64,000 bases of DNA from Eledone cirrhosa (taxonomy: Eukaryota): positions 14,756,001-14,820,000 of the forward strand of contig OZ024742.1 of assembly GCA_964016885.1 (NCBI GenBank), given 5' to 3'. The position numbers and the translations under genes were made by a program. The notes under the pieces were generated by a model. That model was not told the origin of the DNA. It worked only from the letters and a program-made list of their open reading frames with translations, and made no database searches. Of the stretch, positions 11,501 to 23,785 are shown one piece after another (the stretch's first letter is position 1; the number at the start of each line of letters is the position of its first letter).

Positions 11501-14240
11501 TTGCGAAAAGCCGATAACAGCCGCTGAAGTACGGGAGGCAATGACTGGCTGCACAAGGGGTAAATCGCCTGGTTTGGATGGTCTGCCCTATGAACTTTAC
11601 GTACATATGCCAGACTTGTTCGGATGCCTCTTGGCGGACGTCTACTGCAACTGGCAACAGAACGGGAGGAAAGTTCATAGGGCAGACCATCCAAACCAGG
11701 CGATTTACCCCTTGTGCAGTCAGACATTGCCTCCCGTACTTCAGCGGCTGTTATCGGCTTTTTGCAACACTCCGCCTCAGTGGCCGAGAGCCGCGGCCGT
11801 CATGTCGAGGTAGACACTAAAGTCCATCCCTCTATCCGGCCCGCCGCTACCCCCGAACAGCTGAGCGAAGTGTCGCTGAAAAGCTTCACACATGTTCCCG
11901 GGTTTAATAATAATAATAATTGTTTCTACTTTAGGCGCAAGGCCAGCAATTACCCAGTGCATTACTGGTACTTTATTTTATCGACCCCGTAAGGATGAAA
12001 GGCAAAGTAAACCTCGGCGGGATTTGAACTCAGACGTAACTATGCTGGAAAGCATAGCGTCCGACTCTCTAACGATACTGCCAATCCACCACCGCGATTA
12101 ATAATAATAATGATTTCATTTATTAGCCAATAGGGCTGACATGTAGCGGACAATACAAAGACAGGGACAGTGGGGGTTTACAATAAGGTCGAGTAAAAGT
12201 GCACAATGGCAAGACTAATTTAACAATGAAGATATAAAAATATAAAATAAACTATGCATAAATATGACAAAATAAATCATGACATCGTAGAGAGGGTAGT
12301 TAGGGAACCTGGCACGGGTGGGTCCTTGATCAATTTAGATCAGTCGAAAGTTTTCGATAGGGTCGACCATCGTTATCTGGCGGCAGTCCTGAGGGTGGCT
12401 GACTTTGGGCCCGTCTTCAGAGGCTGGATCGCTGCCATGCACAGCGACATCTGCTCTGTGGTGAGAGTGAACGGTCACCTTTCGGAACCGTTCAACATCA
12501 TGCGCTCAGTCCGCCAAGGATGTCCCCTCTCGTCCCTCTTGTACGTATTGACTCTCGAGCCATTACTGCACAAACTGGAGACGTTGACGGGGCCGCGCGA
12601 ACTAGGATGTGGAAGATCCGTGTCAGCATATGCGGACGATGTCACCATAGTGGTGTCGAACGCCAAACACATCGAGGTGATCGGCACTACACTAAGAGAA
12701 TATGAAGCGGTGACAGGAGCAATGATCAACCAGGAAAAGTCGGTGGGCCTGCAGCTCGGCACCTGGAGAGGCAGGTCTATGCTGTCCAACAACGTCGTCG
12801 GGCGCTGGACGGATGGACCGGTTAAATTGCTAGGGGCCTGGTTCGGTCCGGACCTGCAGACGGACAAAAACTGGGACGAGGTGACGAGCAGGGTGTCTTC
12901 TCTCACCCAGAAATGGGCAGAGAGGAAGCTATCCCTAAAAGTTCGAGCGGAGGTGGCGAATGCGTACATCGCGTCCGTCATCTACTACCGCCTGACCGTC
13001 GTACCTTGTCCTAAGCCTCGCCTGACTGTGCTGGAGCGTTTGCTCTTTCGTTTTTTGTGGAAGGGACGCGCTCCGATGGTCAGGCGGTCCATCTGCTGTC
13101 AACACCCGCTACGTGGAGGGCTGGGCATGCCGTGACTGATGATGCGCAGACACGCGCTCAGGCTACGACATCTCCACCTCTTCCTCGACGGTGATTAGGT
13201 GTGGTCGCCGTTTGCTAGACGCATCTTTCCCCAGCTCGTCTCCTTGGCGGAGCTGCAGTCCTGGGTCAAGCGAAGACCGAGAGGGAGTGCTTGGAGACTG
13301 GAATGTCTTCAGGCCCTCACAACCCTCAACCAGTCGGGCAATGTGATTGGTGGAAACACCACCTTGGCGTTCTATGGAGGATTAGTGGAAGAGCGACGAC
13401 GTACTTGGGGAAACTCTAGGCGTCGACGAAAATCAACTAGCCAATCTCTTCGGAAGAATTTCGGGCCGGGGCCTATGGACAACTTCCAGAAATCCCTGGC
13501 CTGACAGTGCTACCGCGGAGCTTTGCCAGTTCGGGATAAACTCTACAGGCATGGAAGTGCTGTCCGCCGGGCATATCCGAGATGCACACAGAGCGACGAA
13601 ACCATCCTGCACGCACTTGTCCAGTGTCCGAGCATTGCTGACTTGTGGGTTTATGTCGAACACCTGCTGTCGCGTGTGGGACGGATCCGGCTATCAGCTG
13701 AGTCCATCGTGAGGATTGCCCCGCCCTCTTCCTTTATCCGGGAAGGGCAGGCAGTTTTTATCTGTCTGGTGGCCATGGCGAAAGGGATAGTATGTTGGAC
13801 GCGTCTGAAAGGGCTGAAGATGAGCACTTACCTCTTCGGTGATGCCCTGATTAACTTTTTCAAATTTCATTTGAAAAGGAAAATCAGGGTAGAGAGGGAA
13901 GTGCTCTCTTCCCAGCTTTTTGTTAAAAGATGGGTGAGAGAGGCAAGAATAGCCCGAGTATGTGCCTGTAAATTGAAGGTGGAAAACTGGGAGAGGGCAC
14001 TTGCCCTGGTGGTCAGGTTCACCGTGGCTTTTTTTAATGGGCTTTCTCCACGATGGCCCTCGGAAGTCTCCCCCTATTGGGGAATTTTTCATTGTTCCTT
14101 TTTTGTTACATCCTCTGTTTTTGTTTTTTTAAACACGCAGAAATGCCTATTTATACCGTCCTGTATTGTCCTGTACTGTCCTTAATGTCTTACTTTGTGT
14201 AAACCCTTTTGGTTAATAAAGAAAGCATTATTATTGTTAT
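7973..14240 (+). mobile_element. Tx1/L1-clade LINE, copy 2 (degenerate, rearranged)
   Basis: Same 5'UTR. ORF1 frameshifts near 9115 (poly-C) and 10020. ORF2 has a ~145-bp deletion at ~11095, an inversion/insertion at 11669-12280 and several stops. 3'UTR with AATAAA and a short (TTA) tail. Confidence 0.92.
11920..12097 (-). mobile_element. tRNA-derived SINE, second family; related copies at 22257-22370 (+), 28735-28880 (-) and 30757-30940 (+)
   Basis: Reverse complement has B-box GAGTTCAAATCCCGCC and body CCTTTCATCCTTACGGGGTCGATAAAATAAAGTACCAG. Confidence 0.8.
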
Positions 14241-14245
14241 TTTGC

Positions 14246-14672
14246 TAAACTGCTATATTTAGCTTTTGTTGATCTAGAAAAGGCCTTTGACAGTACCTCA
14301 CTCTATTATCTGGTGGCCCTTAAGGAAATTAGGCATAGAAGAATGACTTGTTACAGCAGTGTAAGGCATTTACAGAGGAGCTGTCAGTAAAGTGAGAGTA
14401 GGAAATGAGTTTAGTGAGGAATTCAAGTTACATGTAGGAGTTCATCCAGGTTGGGTAGCCCACTACCATTGATTATAGTTCTCCAGGCCATAACAGAGGA
14501 GTTTAAACATGGCTGCCCTTGAGAACTTCTCTCTGCAGATGATTAGGGACTTACAGCTGAATCCATAAAAGAACTAGAATAAGTTCCGACTATGGAAACA
14601 GAATTTGGTGTCAAAAGGTCTGAGAGTAAACTTAGCCAAAACTAAAGTGCTAGTAAGTAGAAGAGAAGATAG
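14246..14672 (+). pseudogene. Degenerate RTE RT fragment continuing 600-1120
   Basis: LYLAFVDLEKAFD...GLRVNLAKTKVLV; resumes where the 600-1120 fragment stops. Confidence 0.75.
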
Positions 14673-14744
14673 GACTTATTCCAACTCCCCCTGTTTATTC
14701 CACCTCACCCACTATTATTTGGGAGCTCAGAGTATATATATATA

Positions 14745-14940
14745 TATATATAACGAAGGAGTTGTGGTACGGAACCAGATGGACCATAATGCACCAGAGT
14801 ACTCAATACTTAGGGTAGTAGAGTGGGTAATAGGAAAATGTATGACCCCGACGGCAGAGCTAAATCCGTCAACGGCTATTTCAGTCCAGAAATAGCCATC
14901 AAAATGGCTTGAGCTCTGCCATCGGGGTCATACATTTTCA
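14745..14940 (+). mobile_element. (TA)n-embedded element with a terminal long hairpin; copies at 17083-17275 (-) and 27934-28128 (+)
   Basis: Shared leader ...GGAACCAG.TGGACCATAA.GCACCA.AGTACTCAATACTTAGGGTAGTAGAGTGGGTA followed by a ~105-115-nt palindrome. Confidence 0.75.
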
Positions 14941-14950
14941 TATATATATA

Positions 14951-15697
14951 CGAGGTGTGTCAGAAAAGTTCCAGGACTGATGTCACAAAAGATTTATTTC
15001 AAACCCAAACTTCACACTAAGAGTTTTCACCTTCAAAGTAAACCCCCCGGAGTATGTAACTGTAATCTTAAACGAACTAAGGGAGAAATTAGGAATAAGA
15101 GGGATCAGATGTTGTTTACTCGAGAGAAGACTACGTTGGTACGGTCACGTGATGCGCATGAAAGACGACAGCTGTATAAAAAAGTGCAGGGCGATAAAAA
15201 TAGACGGTAGCCACGGAGTAGGCAGACCCAGAAAAACCTGGGACGACTTGATACATTCCGACCTCACACACTTACACCTCTCCAAGACAATGTCACTGGA
15301 CCGAGATCTTTGGCGCTACACAGTAATACAGAAGACCCGCCTTACCGAAGTAGGCACCTCTAACAAAAATATCCCCCCGTCCCACTACCCCCACCCCATC
15401 CACACCACCCCTTTCAATGTAAAGTTATGTTGGTACCACAACATCCAGTCCGATACAAATGAGGTCGTGTAGGTGTCCCGACAAAAAAAAAAAATACACA
15501 GTCCACGCTGTAATGTGGCCGTGTAGGTAACACGGTAAAAACCTCCAGTCCAAACTGTAAACATGGTTGGTGTTAGGAAGGGCATCCAGCCGTAGAAAAC
15601 CTGCCAGACAGTCCTATACGAGCAAGGCAACCAATCTTGCCTCAAGTGGGAAAATTCCCGTCCAAACCCATGCTAACGTGGAAGATGGACGTTAAAC

Positions 15698-15740
<43 letters not shown>

Positions 15741-16508
15741 AGCTCTCTGCAGCGATCAAACTTTTTTCTTCAGAATTTTATATACATGTCCTCTGTTTCA
15801 GGTCGTCAAGCAATGAGCACAGAGCAACGAACGGTTGGGGAAAACTCCGTCAGAAGCACTGGGATTGCTGCAAGTGTATGGAGCTGAGACGATGCCACGC
15901 TCACGTGTTTTTGTGTGGTGCAAGAGGTTTAAAGAAGGACGCGAGGACGTGGAAGATGACCCCAGGAGTGGAAGGCCCACAACAACCAGGACTGAGGTCA
16001 ACGTTGAGCGCGTCAGGCAGATGGTGCGTAGCGATCGTCGGCTGACTGTTTGACTGATGGCAAATGAGCTGGGCATGAATCGGGACAGCGTCTGGAAGAT
16101 TCTCACTGCAGATTTGGACATGCGGAAAGTCTGCGTGAAGATGGTGCCAAAACTGCTGAACCATGACCAGAAGGGTCGACGCATGCAAGTGTGCCAGGAC
16201 ATCCTCGAGCGTCTTGAAACCGAACCAGACTTGCTAGGGACAGTCATCACCGGTGATGAGTCATGGATCTTCGAGTACGCCCGGAAGGGACCCGTTTTGA
16301 AGACGTGGACGACATCAAAAAGGCCCTGACGACGGAACTGCGGAGGATCCCGGAAGAACCTTTCCAGGAGTGCATTCAAGCGGGGAAGAAAAGGATGAAA
16401 AAGTGCATTAGACTCTAGGGGGGTTACTTTGAAGGAGAAAACTGTTAGTGTGAAGTTTGGGTTTGAAATAAATCTTTTCTGGCATCAGTCCTGGAACTTT
16501 TCTGACAC
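14951..16508 (+). mobile_element. Internally deleted mariner-family transposon relic interrupted by an RTE 3' fragment
   Basis: ~65-bp TIRs (GTGTCAGAAAAGTTCCAGGACTGATG...CAAACCCAAACTTCACACTAA and its reverse complement at 16445-16508); transposase remnants WCKRFKEGREDVEDDPRSGRP, MVPKLL, ITGDESW; (TA)n flanks. Confidence 0.85.
15062..15740 (+). mobile_element. RTE LINE 3' fragment with (GAT)n tail
   Basis: RRLRWYGHVMRM...GRPRKTW; near-identical to 24745-25450 (-). Confidence 0.85.
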
Positions 16509-16593
<85 letters not shown>

Positions 16594-17272
16594 TATAGAT
16601 ATATATATATATAGAGAGAGATATATTGGATATAGATATATAAATACGGCTCCTTAATTGTAGAGCTAACTCTGTTGAAAGGAATCGACTGCTGTTTCTA
16701 GTTGTCGATAACCCTATTCACGCCACTGAGACGAAGCTACTATGATGTGTAAATACAACACGTGGTAATAGCCAGCTGAAGATTTGAACTTGTAGTGTAA
16801 ACATGGATTGTTGGAAATTTTCTTCCTTGTTGAAAATCCAAAATATCCACTTCCGTGGTTTACCATCTGATTAATTGGTGAAATATATTTCTTTAATGGA
16901 ATATATAGAGGGAAGATTAATCATATTATAAGATATCTATTTTTGAAGTTCTAGTCAACTTTATTTAGTTACCTACCTAGCTATGTGTGGTCACACACTT
17001 GTAAAATTTATCTCCTGTGATTATTCATGGTTATATATATGTTAATCAATTTCTAGTTATTATATATATATATGTGTGTGTGAAAAGAGTCAGGACCCCG
17101 ACAGTTGTGCTCCGGCCGTTTCGACAGCTAGATCCGAACTAACCCAGCTGGGTTAGTTTAGATCTAGCTCAGCCGTCGGGGTCCTGACTCTTTGCCTACT
17201 ACCCACTCTACTTTAAGTATCGAGTACTCTGGTGCGTGATAGTCCACCAGGTTCCTTACCACACTTTCTTTG

Positions 17273-17326
<54 letters not shown>

Positions 17327-17524
17327 GAGAGGTATAGAGATTGTTTTAGCGAGAAGCTAACAGCACTCTATAACATATATGCGACTATAACGTCAAGATG
17401 GGAAAAGTAGTTAACGTAAGATTTAGGAAAGATAATTCAAACTCATCTCAAAAGAGAATCAGGATACAAATTCATCCACAGAATTTAGTGCAATCCAGGG
17501 AAAAATCAATAGACCTTTAACTCA

Positions 17525-17612
<88 letters not shown>

Positions 17613-17619
17613 TTATATA

Positions 17620-18913
17620 CAGGGTGTGGACGATATTTGTTCGCAATTTTCAACTGCTAATTTTATGCAAATTATTTTTACTTCCGTTGTCACTCTTGTC
17701 TTCATAAAAACAGTGACTATATTTCCATTATTTATTTTCAGAATAATTGATTATGAATAATTTTGAACCTCCAAATTTGTGGAAGAGACACGGAGTTCTT
17801 CTTGGAATCCGTGCCGGGAAGACAAATAAAGAAATTTCAGACTTTCTCAGTGTCAGCAGGAGAATGGTGGAAAAGGTCAGAAGGGAATTGGAAGATTCAG
17901 GATTCGACTACGAAGCAACATCAGAGAGGAAAACACATGATCAACGATCTGACGCCTTCAGAACGCCTGAGTTCGTTGCTGAAGTTCAGGATATCATCAA
18001 CAATGAACCTAGCAAGTCGATGCATGCCATTGCAAGGAAGAAAAACATGGATGAAAAGCTCATTAGGCTGGTTGTACATGAAGACATTCGCTACGTTTCA
18101 TACAAGATGAGGAAAAGACAATTTCTTTCAAAGGCGATGCAAGAAAAGCGACTGAAGCACGTAAAGAAGCTGATAAACAAGTTGAAACACCCACTGGAGC
18201 CAGACATGCTGTTATTTTTCTCCGACGAGAAAAACTTCTGCCAAGACCAGATGATCAACTCCCAGATCAACAGGTGGCTCGCTGTCTCATCCAAAGACGT
18301 GCCCAGAGTCATGCAGACAAAGTTTCCAGCGACAACATTGGTCTTAGTTGTCGTCAGCAGTCAAGGTGACGTCATGCCACCTCACTTCTTCCCTGAGGGC
18401 CTCTAGCTGAACACCGATGGCTACATCCGCGTTCTGAGCGAGGTAGTAAAGCCCTGGATCGACCAGTTAGCTCCAGGTAGGCCGTACGTGTGGCAGCAAG
18501 GCTCAGCGCCCTGCCATACCAGCCGAAAGAACCCAAGCCTGGCTGTCAGAGAACTTTGTTGACCACACTTCACCTGACGTCTGGCCTCCCAGCTCGCCTG
18601 ACTGCAACTCCCTCGACTTCTTTGTGTGGGGCGCAGTGGAACAAGACACCAACAGACCTAGCTGCAATACGAAAGACGATCTGAAGGCCAGGATCACAAT
18701 TGCCTTTAGGGGCCTAAGTCGGGGGACAGTGACAAAGGCCTGTAGCCGGATCCGAGGCCGTCATCAAAGCCAATGGCGGGTTTATCGAGTGAGATCGAAA
18801 GAACAAGTGATGAAGACAAACTGATCCAAATTTGATAAATATATCTTAAAAATAAAACTACTGTGTTACTTTTTCCTAGTTACTGTTTCTTGCGAACAAA
18901 TATCGTCTGCACC

Positions 18914-18916
<3 letters not shown>
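17620..18916 (+). mobile_element. Tc1/mariner DD37D (maT) transposon, full length, transposase disrupted
   Basis: 27-bp TIRs CAGGGTG(TG/CA)GACGATATTTGTTCGCAA with TA flanks; FSDEKNF; QQD...SPDCN(P/S)LD with 37 residues between D2 and D3 in the two-copy consensus; stop at 18404-18406 and frameshifts. Confidence 0.92.
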
Positions 18917-18968
<52 letters not shown>

Positions 18969-19176
18969 AATGAAGTAATTCCGTCGGAAAAGTCCAGGAG
19001 AAAAGAGTGCTCTATGTAGGTAACAGAGCTTAATAGTTATGTAATAAACAACACAAGGCAATTATTCCATTTACCAGTGGTTTCTTAAAAGCAAAAAGTT
19101 TTGCTTTCAATCATCAGTATATATATATATAATGACTGTTACATATAGTATCATTTATCATATTTTCTTCTTACAG

Positions 19177-19219
19177 GAGTAGCACACTAATTTTAGGGCG
19201 CCAACCTACTTGCTGTCAG
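19177..19219 (+). CDS. Cys-rich peptide gene A, second coding exon (43 nt), (L)SSTLILGRQPTCCQ
   Basis: ttttcttcttacAG|GAGTAGC...TGCTGTCAG|GTAAAA. Continues the phase-2 frame without a stop. A homologous 43-nt exon lies at 39459-39501 (-). Confidence 0.8.
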
Positions 19220-19279
19220 GTAAAATAATAAAACATTTTGTTTTCTGTGTCTTCTGCTTTGGGTTTCATCCATCTCAAT

Positions 19280-19280
<1 letters not shown>

Positions 19281-19350
<70 letters not shown>
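19281..19350. repeat. (TAG)n microsatellite
   Basis: Direct reading. Confidence 0.95.
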
Positions 19351-19352
<2 letters not shown>

Positions 19353-19619
19353 CTTTAGTATGGTGTCTAAAGTAACACAATATCAAACCTCTACCAATTC
19401 TACCAAGACAACATACTAGTAAAACACAACAATGTACTGTTACAATAATTTTATTTATATACCTTCCAAATTATAAATGTTATTGATCGTAGTTTTTGTT
19501 GTTGCTGTCACATGTTATAAGCAAATTTTTGTTTGAGGTGAAACTGGACCAACAGACTTACAAGAAACTGGGCCAACATTTAGCAAATTCACACAGACTT
19601 ACAAGAAACTGGGCTAACA

Positions 19620-20160
19620 TTTAGCAAACTCTCCCAGATTTACATGAAGTAGCTTCTCTTGTTGGTCTCCATCTTAATAAAGGTAAAACTGAGTACATCT
19701 CAAATTTATCTGCTCAAACCACCCACAAAGCACAAGATGGAGGTGAAATTAAAAAAGTTAAAGATTTTAGGTATCCTGGTTTTTGGGTCCTGAACTCTGG
19801 AAAAGATTTAAATACCAGAAACACCCAGGTGTGGTTAGTCATGCTTGACAGAATCTGGCTCTGTTTCTATCTATCAAATTCCTCCAAAATAAGACTCTTC
19901 CAAGTTACTATAGAACCAATTCTACTTTATTGTAACTTGGACACTTACTATCAAACAACAAAAGTTCCTCAATGGAGTATATACATCCTTGTTGTGTCAG
20001 GCTGAAAACATAAACTGGAAGCAATATAAGACTCTAGCAGAGTTATATAATAGTCTTCCTCAAATTTATAATTTTGTGTAAAAGAAGAAGGTGGGGTTTG
20101 TTAGCCATTGCCATCACACTTCACATGAAGCTGTGTCTCCTTTAGTACTTTAGGAACAAA
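19620..20160 (+). pseudogene. Highly degenerate non-LTR RT C-terminal fragment (RTE-like)
   Basis: VGLHLNKGKTEYI, EIKKVKDFRYPG, IRLFQVTIEPILLY and GFVSHC remnants. Confidence 0.55.
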
Positions 20161-21007
20161 CATCTGTCAAAACCCAAAGAGGTTGTAAGCTTATCCCAGT
20201 GGAAGGAAGCCACAATAGAGGATGACTGAGAAAGACCTGAGCAGAGGTTGTGAGAGTAGACCTCAAATTACTAAGACTGGCAGAGGAGATGACGAAGGAA
20301 TAAAACAAGTGGAGAGATGCTGTGCTGTGAAGGACTCATCCAACTCTTGCAAGCATGGAAAAGTGGACATAAAAACTATGATGATGATGATGATGATGAT
20401 GATGTCATAGCCAGAAACTCTGGTATTGATGACCAGGATCTAGGCAATGTAATGGGCAATAGGTTTATGTAAGGTGTGGGGATGTATCATTAAGTCTGTT
20501 TTACTTGAAGTCACAAAATAATGATGTTGTTTAGTGGACCAATGAATTATTAACCAGTAGGTTTAGTTAGTAGTTTGTGGTGACAGACAATCAGCAAGAT
20601 AACAATCAGCTTAGAACAATTTAACCAGTGTATATATATATATAGTGAAGGTGTGTGGCTTACTGGTTAGAGAATTGGATTCACAATTGTGAGGTTGCAG
20701 GTTTAATACCAGGACTGGGGAATGTGTTATGTCCTTGAACAAGACACTTTATTTCACATTGTTCTTCCTGCCAGGAGTTGTGACTGGTAGATAGTATCTA
20801 TAACAGAAAGACCAATGAAAACATTGTTTCCTTGGTCCAATTTGATGAGTTTCACCCTATTTAATAAGTGATTGAGGTTAGATCTTGTCAATAGTGAACA
20901 CATTTCAAATTTTTTTAATTTGCCAATCTTCTTATGTCAACCACTTTGTTTAATCATCAAAAGTGTATCTAATAAAATTACTGATTCCATTTTCTTTTTT
21001 ATTTCAG

Positions 21008-21180
21008 TGTTAGTTTTCACAGTTCCACAAAAATCTGAAAATCCAGTTTCCAAATGCCTTTGCCACCCACAAAATGTCTTCAGAGCGTCTAATAAAATCT
21101 ATGCCATTTTTCCTGAATTTCAAAGAATGATGTTTTTTTTCTTCTTTTTCTATTAACAACATGTAATTCAATAAAATAAA
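21008..21180 (+). CDS. Candidate terminal exon of gene A (TGT TAG = C-stop, then 3'UTR)
   Basis: Strong acceptor tttcttttttatttcAG at 21006-21007; phase-0 TGT TAG; AATAAA at 21091 and 21170-21180. No counterpart was found for gene B, so this is tentative. Confidence 0.35.
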
Positions 21181-21224
21181 ATGTTAACATTATTTTCTCT
21201 CCATAATTATTATTATTTGTTGTA

Positions 21225-21520
21225 GCATATGGCCTAGTGGTAAGTGTGTTAGACTTATGATGATAATACCAAAGGTTAGATTCCTGTGCTGGGTTGTGCG
21301 TTGTGTTCTTGAGCAGCATACTTCATTTCACATTGTTCCAGTATACTCAGCTGAAAATGAGTACTGTCCATAGCTGGGGGTTTAACCTTGTGATCGAATG
21401 GCATCCTTTCAAGGGGGAGTCTTGTATCCTCAGTCACTTAACACCATGGAAACCAAGGTAAGCACCTAATGAACCTCCAGGTTTGGGACATCCTTGTGTG
21501 GCTAATAAAGGAATCAATGT
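21225..21520 (+). mobile_element. tRNA-derived SINE; related copies at 20648-20765, 26945-27300, 30258-30540 and 48430-48690
   Basis: A-box TGGCCTAGTGG, B-box-like GGTTAGATTCC, conserved body TGT(G/T)T(T/C)CTTGAGCAAGACACTTTATTTCACATTGCTCCAGT. Confidence 0.8.
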
Positions 21521-21539
21521 TGTTGTTGTTGAAACAACT

Positions 21540-22110
21540 ACAGGAGAGTACTTAGCTAAGAGAAAGCCACTGCATCTAGCATTTGTAGATTTGGAGAAGG
21601 CCTTTGACAGGGTCCCATGCTCTGTAATCTGGTGGGCACTTAGGACAGTAAATGTAGATGAATGTCTTGTGAGGGTTGTGCAGGTGATGTATAAAGGATC
21701 AATCAACAAAGTGAGAGATGACAATGAGTACAGTGATGAATTTGATGTACAATTGGTGGTACACGAGGGCTCAGTCCTCAATCCACTCCTGTTTCTCATT
21801 GTCCTTCACACCATCACTGAGGAGTTTAAAACTGGAACTCCATAGAAACACCTGAGTACTGATGACTAGTCCTTACATCTGAATATATGGGAGAGTTAGT
21901 GGCAAAACTTCAAGTATGGAAGAAGAACTAAGAGCTGATACTTAGTAAAGATAAAAGTTTTAATAAGTAGCAAAGAGGAGAGTAATACCATGAGGGAATT
22001 GGCTGTGTTTAATATGTCAGAAAGTGGTGGGCAGAAATTCCATAAGGTGTACACTGTAATTTATGGAGGCACATTAGATGTAGTGGAATTACAGGTAAAC
22101 TAATGGAAAA
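21540..22110 (+). pseudogene. Degenerate RTE RT fragment
   Basis: YLAKRKPLHLAFVDLEKAFDRVP...HEGSVLNPLLF. Confidence 0.8.
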
Positions 22111-22832
22111 GATAGATTTTATAAAATCTTTCTAAATCTTTTCCTGCCTCAGTCTATCTTCCAATGAAGGACCAACGTTTGAAACGTTAAGACTCTTTCT
22201 CTATGTTTAACATCCATTTTCCACACTATAATTGGTTAGACTTTGCCTTTCAGTCATACGGGGATCGATAAAATAAAGTACCAGTAACACACTGGAGTCA
22301 ATTTAATCGACTTTCACCGACCCCATCACCACAAATTGTTGGCCTTGTACCTGAACCAGAAACCATTATTGACAACTTATATAGCAATAGTTGACAAGAA
22401 CTATATACGTGTTGTATTTTCATTGGTTAATGTGTAACACTTCCAAGAGTCTCCAGCTATAAGTTATATCATCCAACCCAACAGAGAAATATTAAACAAT
22501 CTGTAAAACTTGAAAACTAACTGTGATAAAATTGTGACATTTTCTCCACTAAACACCATCAACTCTACTTTGACTCTTTTACTCAGTAAGTTGACTTCTT
22601 TCCATCATATTTCTTCACCTTGGAATTTATATATTTATTTATCTACTTATTCATTTATGTAAAATGAAATACACACAGACACATACATACATACGCACAT
22701 ACATACATACAAATACTTTTATGCACACTGTTTACACATATACACTGCCCATACATGTATGTATGTATGTATGTATGTATGTATGTATGTATGTATGTAT
22801 GTATGTATGTATGTATGTATGTATGTATGTAT

Positions 22833-23288
22833 GACAAAGGGCGGAAGAACTCATAAGAGTCAACGGCCATCCAAAAGTGTGTAAATATGTATATGCACAT
22901 GTACATATGTATGTATATGTGTATATACATGTGTGCATGTGTATGTATATGCGCAGGGACACGGTTAAACCACTGGGAGTGAAGGACTCCTAGCCTTTGT
23001 CAGGGCATTCTTCTAGGAGAAGGCAACTCAGGAAACTGGGATAACTCCGATATAAAACCTGCGGCTCAATAGTTACCGATGATGTTGATCTTTTCTTATT
23101 TTCGGGTTATAGCTACTGTCGCTCAGAGAGTGGGATTGGCTCAGTGCACAGTCTTTCTTCACTTTAAAAAATATCTTCACACACAGGCATTGCACGATGG
23201 AATTAATTAATAATTATTAATAAAGGTATATCGTGCAATAGCCATACTCGATAACGAGGGGGCAGCCGTCACATCATGTATGTATGTA
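22833..23288 (+). mobile_element. Non-autonomous RTE-related element with (TGTA)n tail; relatives at 47519-48030 (+), 40389-41092 (-) and 57245-57290 (3' end)
   Basis: Shared blocks CAAAGGG..AAGAGTCAACGGCCATCC, TCTAGGAGAAGG, ACAGGCAT, and a 3' hairpin CTCG(N4)CGAG..GCAGCC before the tail. Confidence 0.65.
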
Positions 23289-23785
23289 TCTTTCTCTTTC
23301 TCTTAATTTCGAGTACATTTTTGACCGGCCACCTTCCTGGTGGCAAGGTTGTAAAAGAAAAAAATTGCCCTCCCTTGAATCTCAAGAATGTTTTGCAAAT
23401 TTTGAAGTTTTGCAAATTTTGAAATTTTGCAAATTTGTAGTCAATAAATTAGGGAGCTGTGCTCTTTGTCCACAAATCCAAGTTCAGTTATACTTTGGTC
23501 CAAGTGAGTTGGTATATAACCTGTAGCTCCAATAATGATGGGTATGAAGCTGAAGGTGTATCTTGGATACTGGATCTGCAAACTCCTCATGAATGGTCCG
23601 TAGATGTCCTCCTTCTCTTGTATTTTTCTTACAATGTTGACATCAAGTGGGCAGCTGATCTCTACAAGAGAGCACGTTTTCAATGTGTGGTCCCAAACAA
23701 CAATATCAGACCAGTTGTGCTTTAATTTTGTGGCAGTCTTTATTGTCAGGTTCCATCAGTATTCTTTAGTGCCATCTATCTCTAT
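23289..23785 (-). mobile_element. 3' fragment of RLE retrotransposon family B
   Basis: VEISCPLDVN...QEKEDIYG; same 3'UTR as 42382-42462; ends in (CATA)n on its own strand. Confidence 0.85.

Noticed and set aside
2224-13663. Numerous hydrophobic or antisense ORFs over the Tx1 copies
   Set aside because: Shadow frames of low-complexity ORF1 and GC-rich ORF2.
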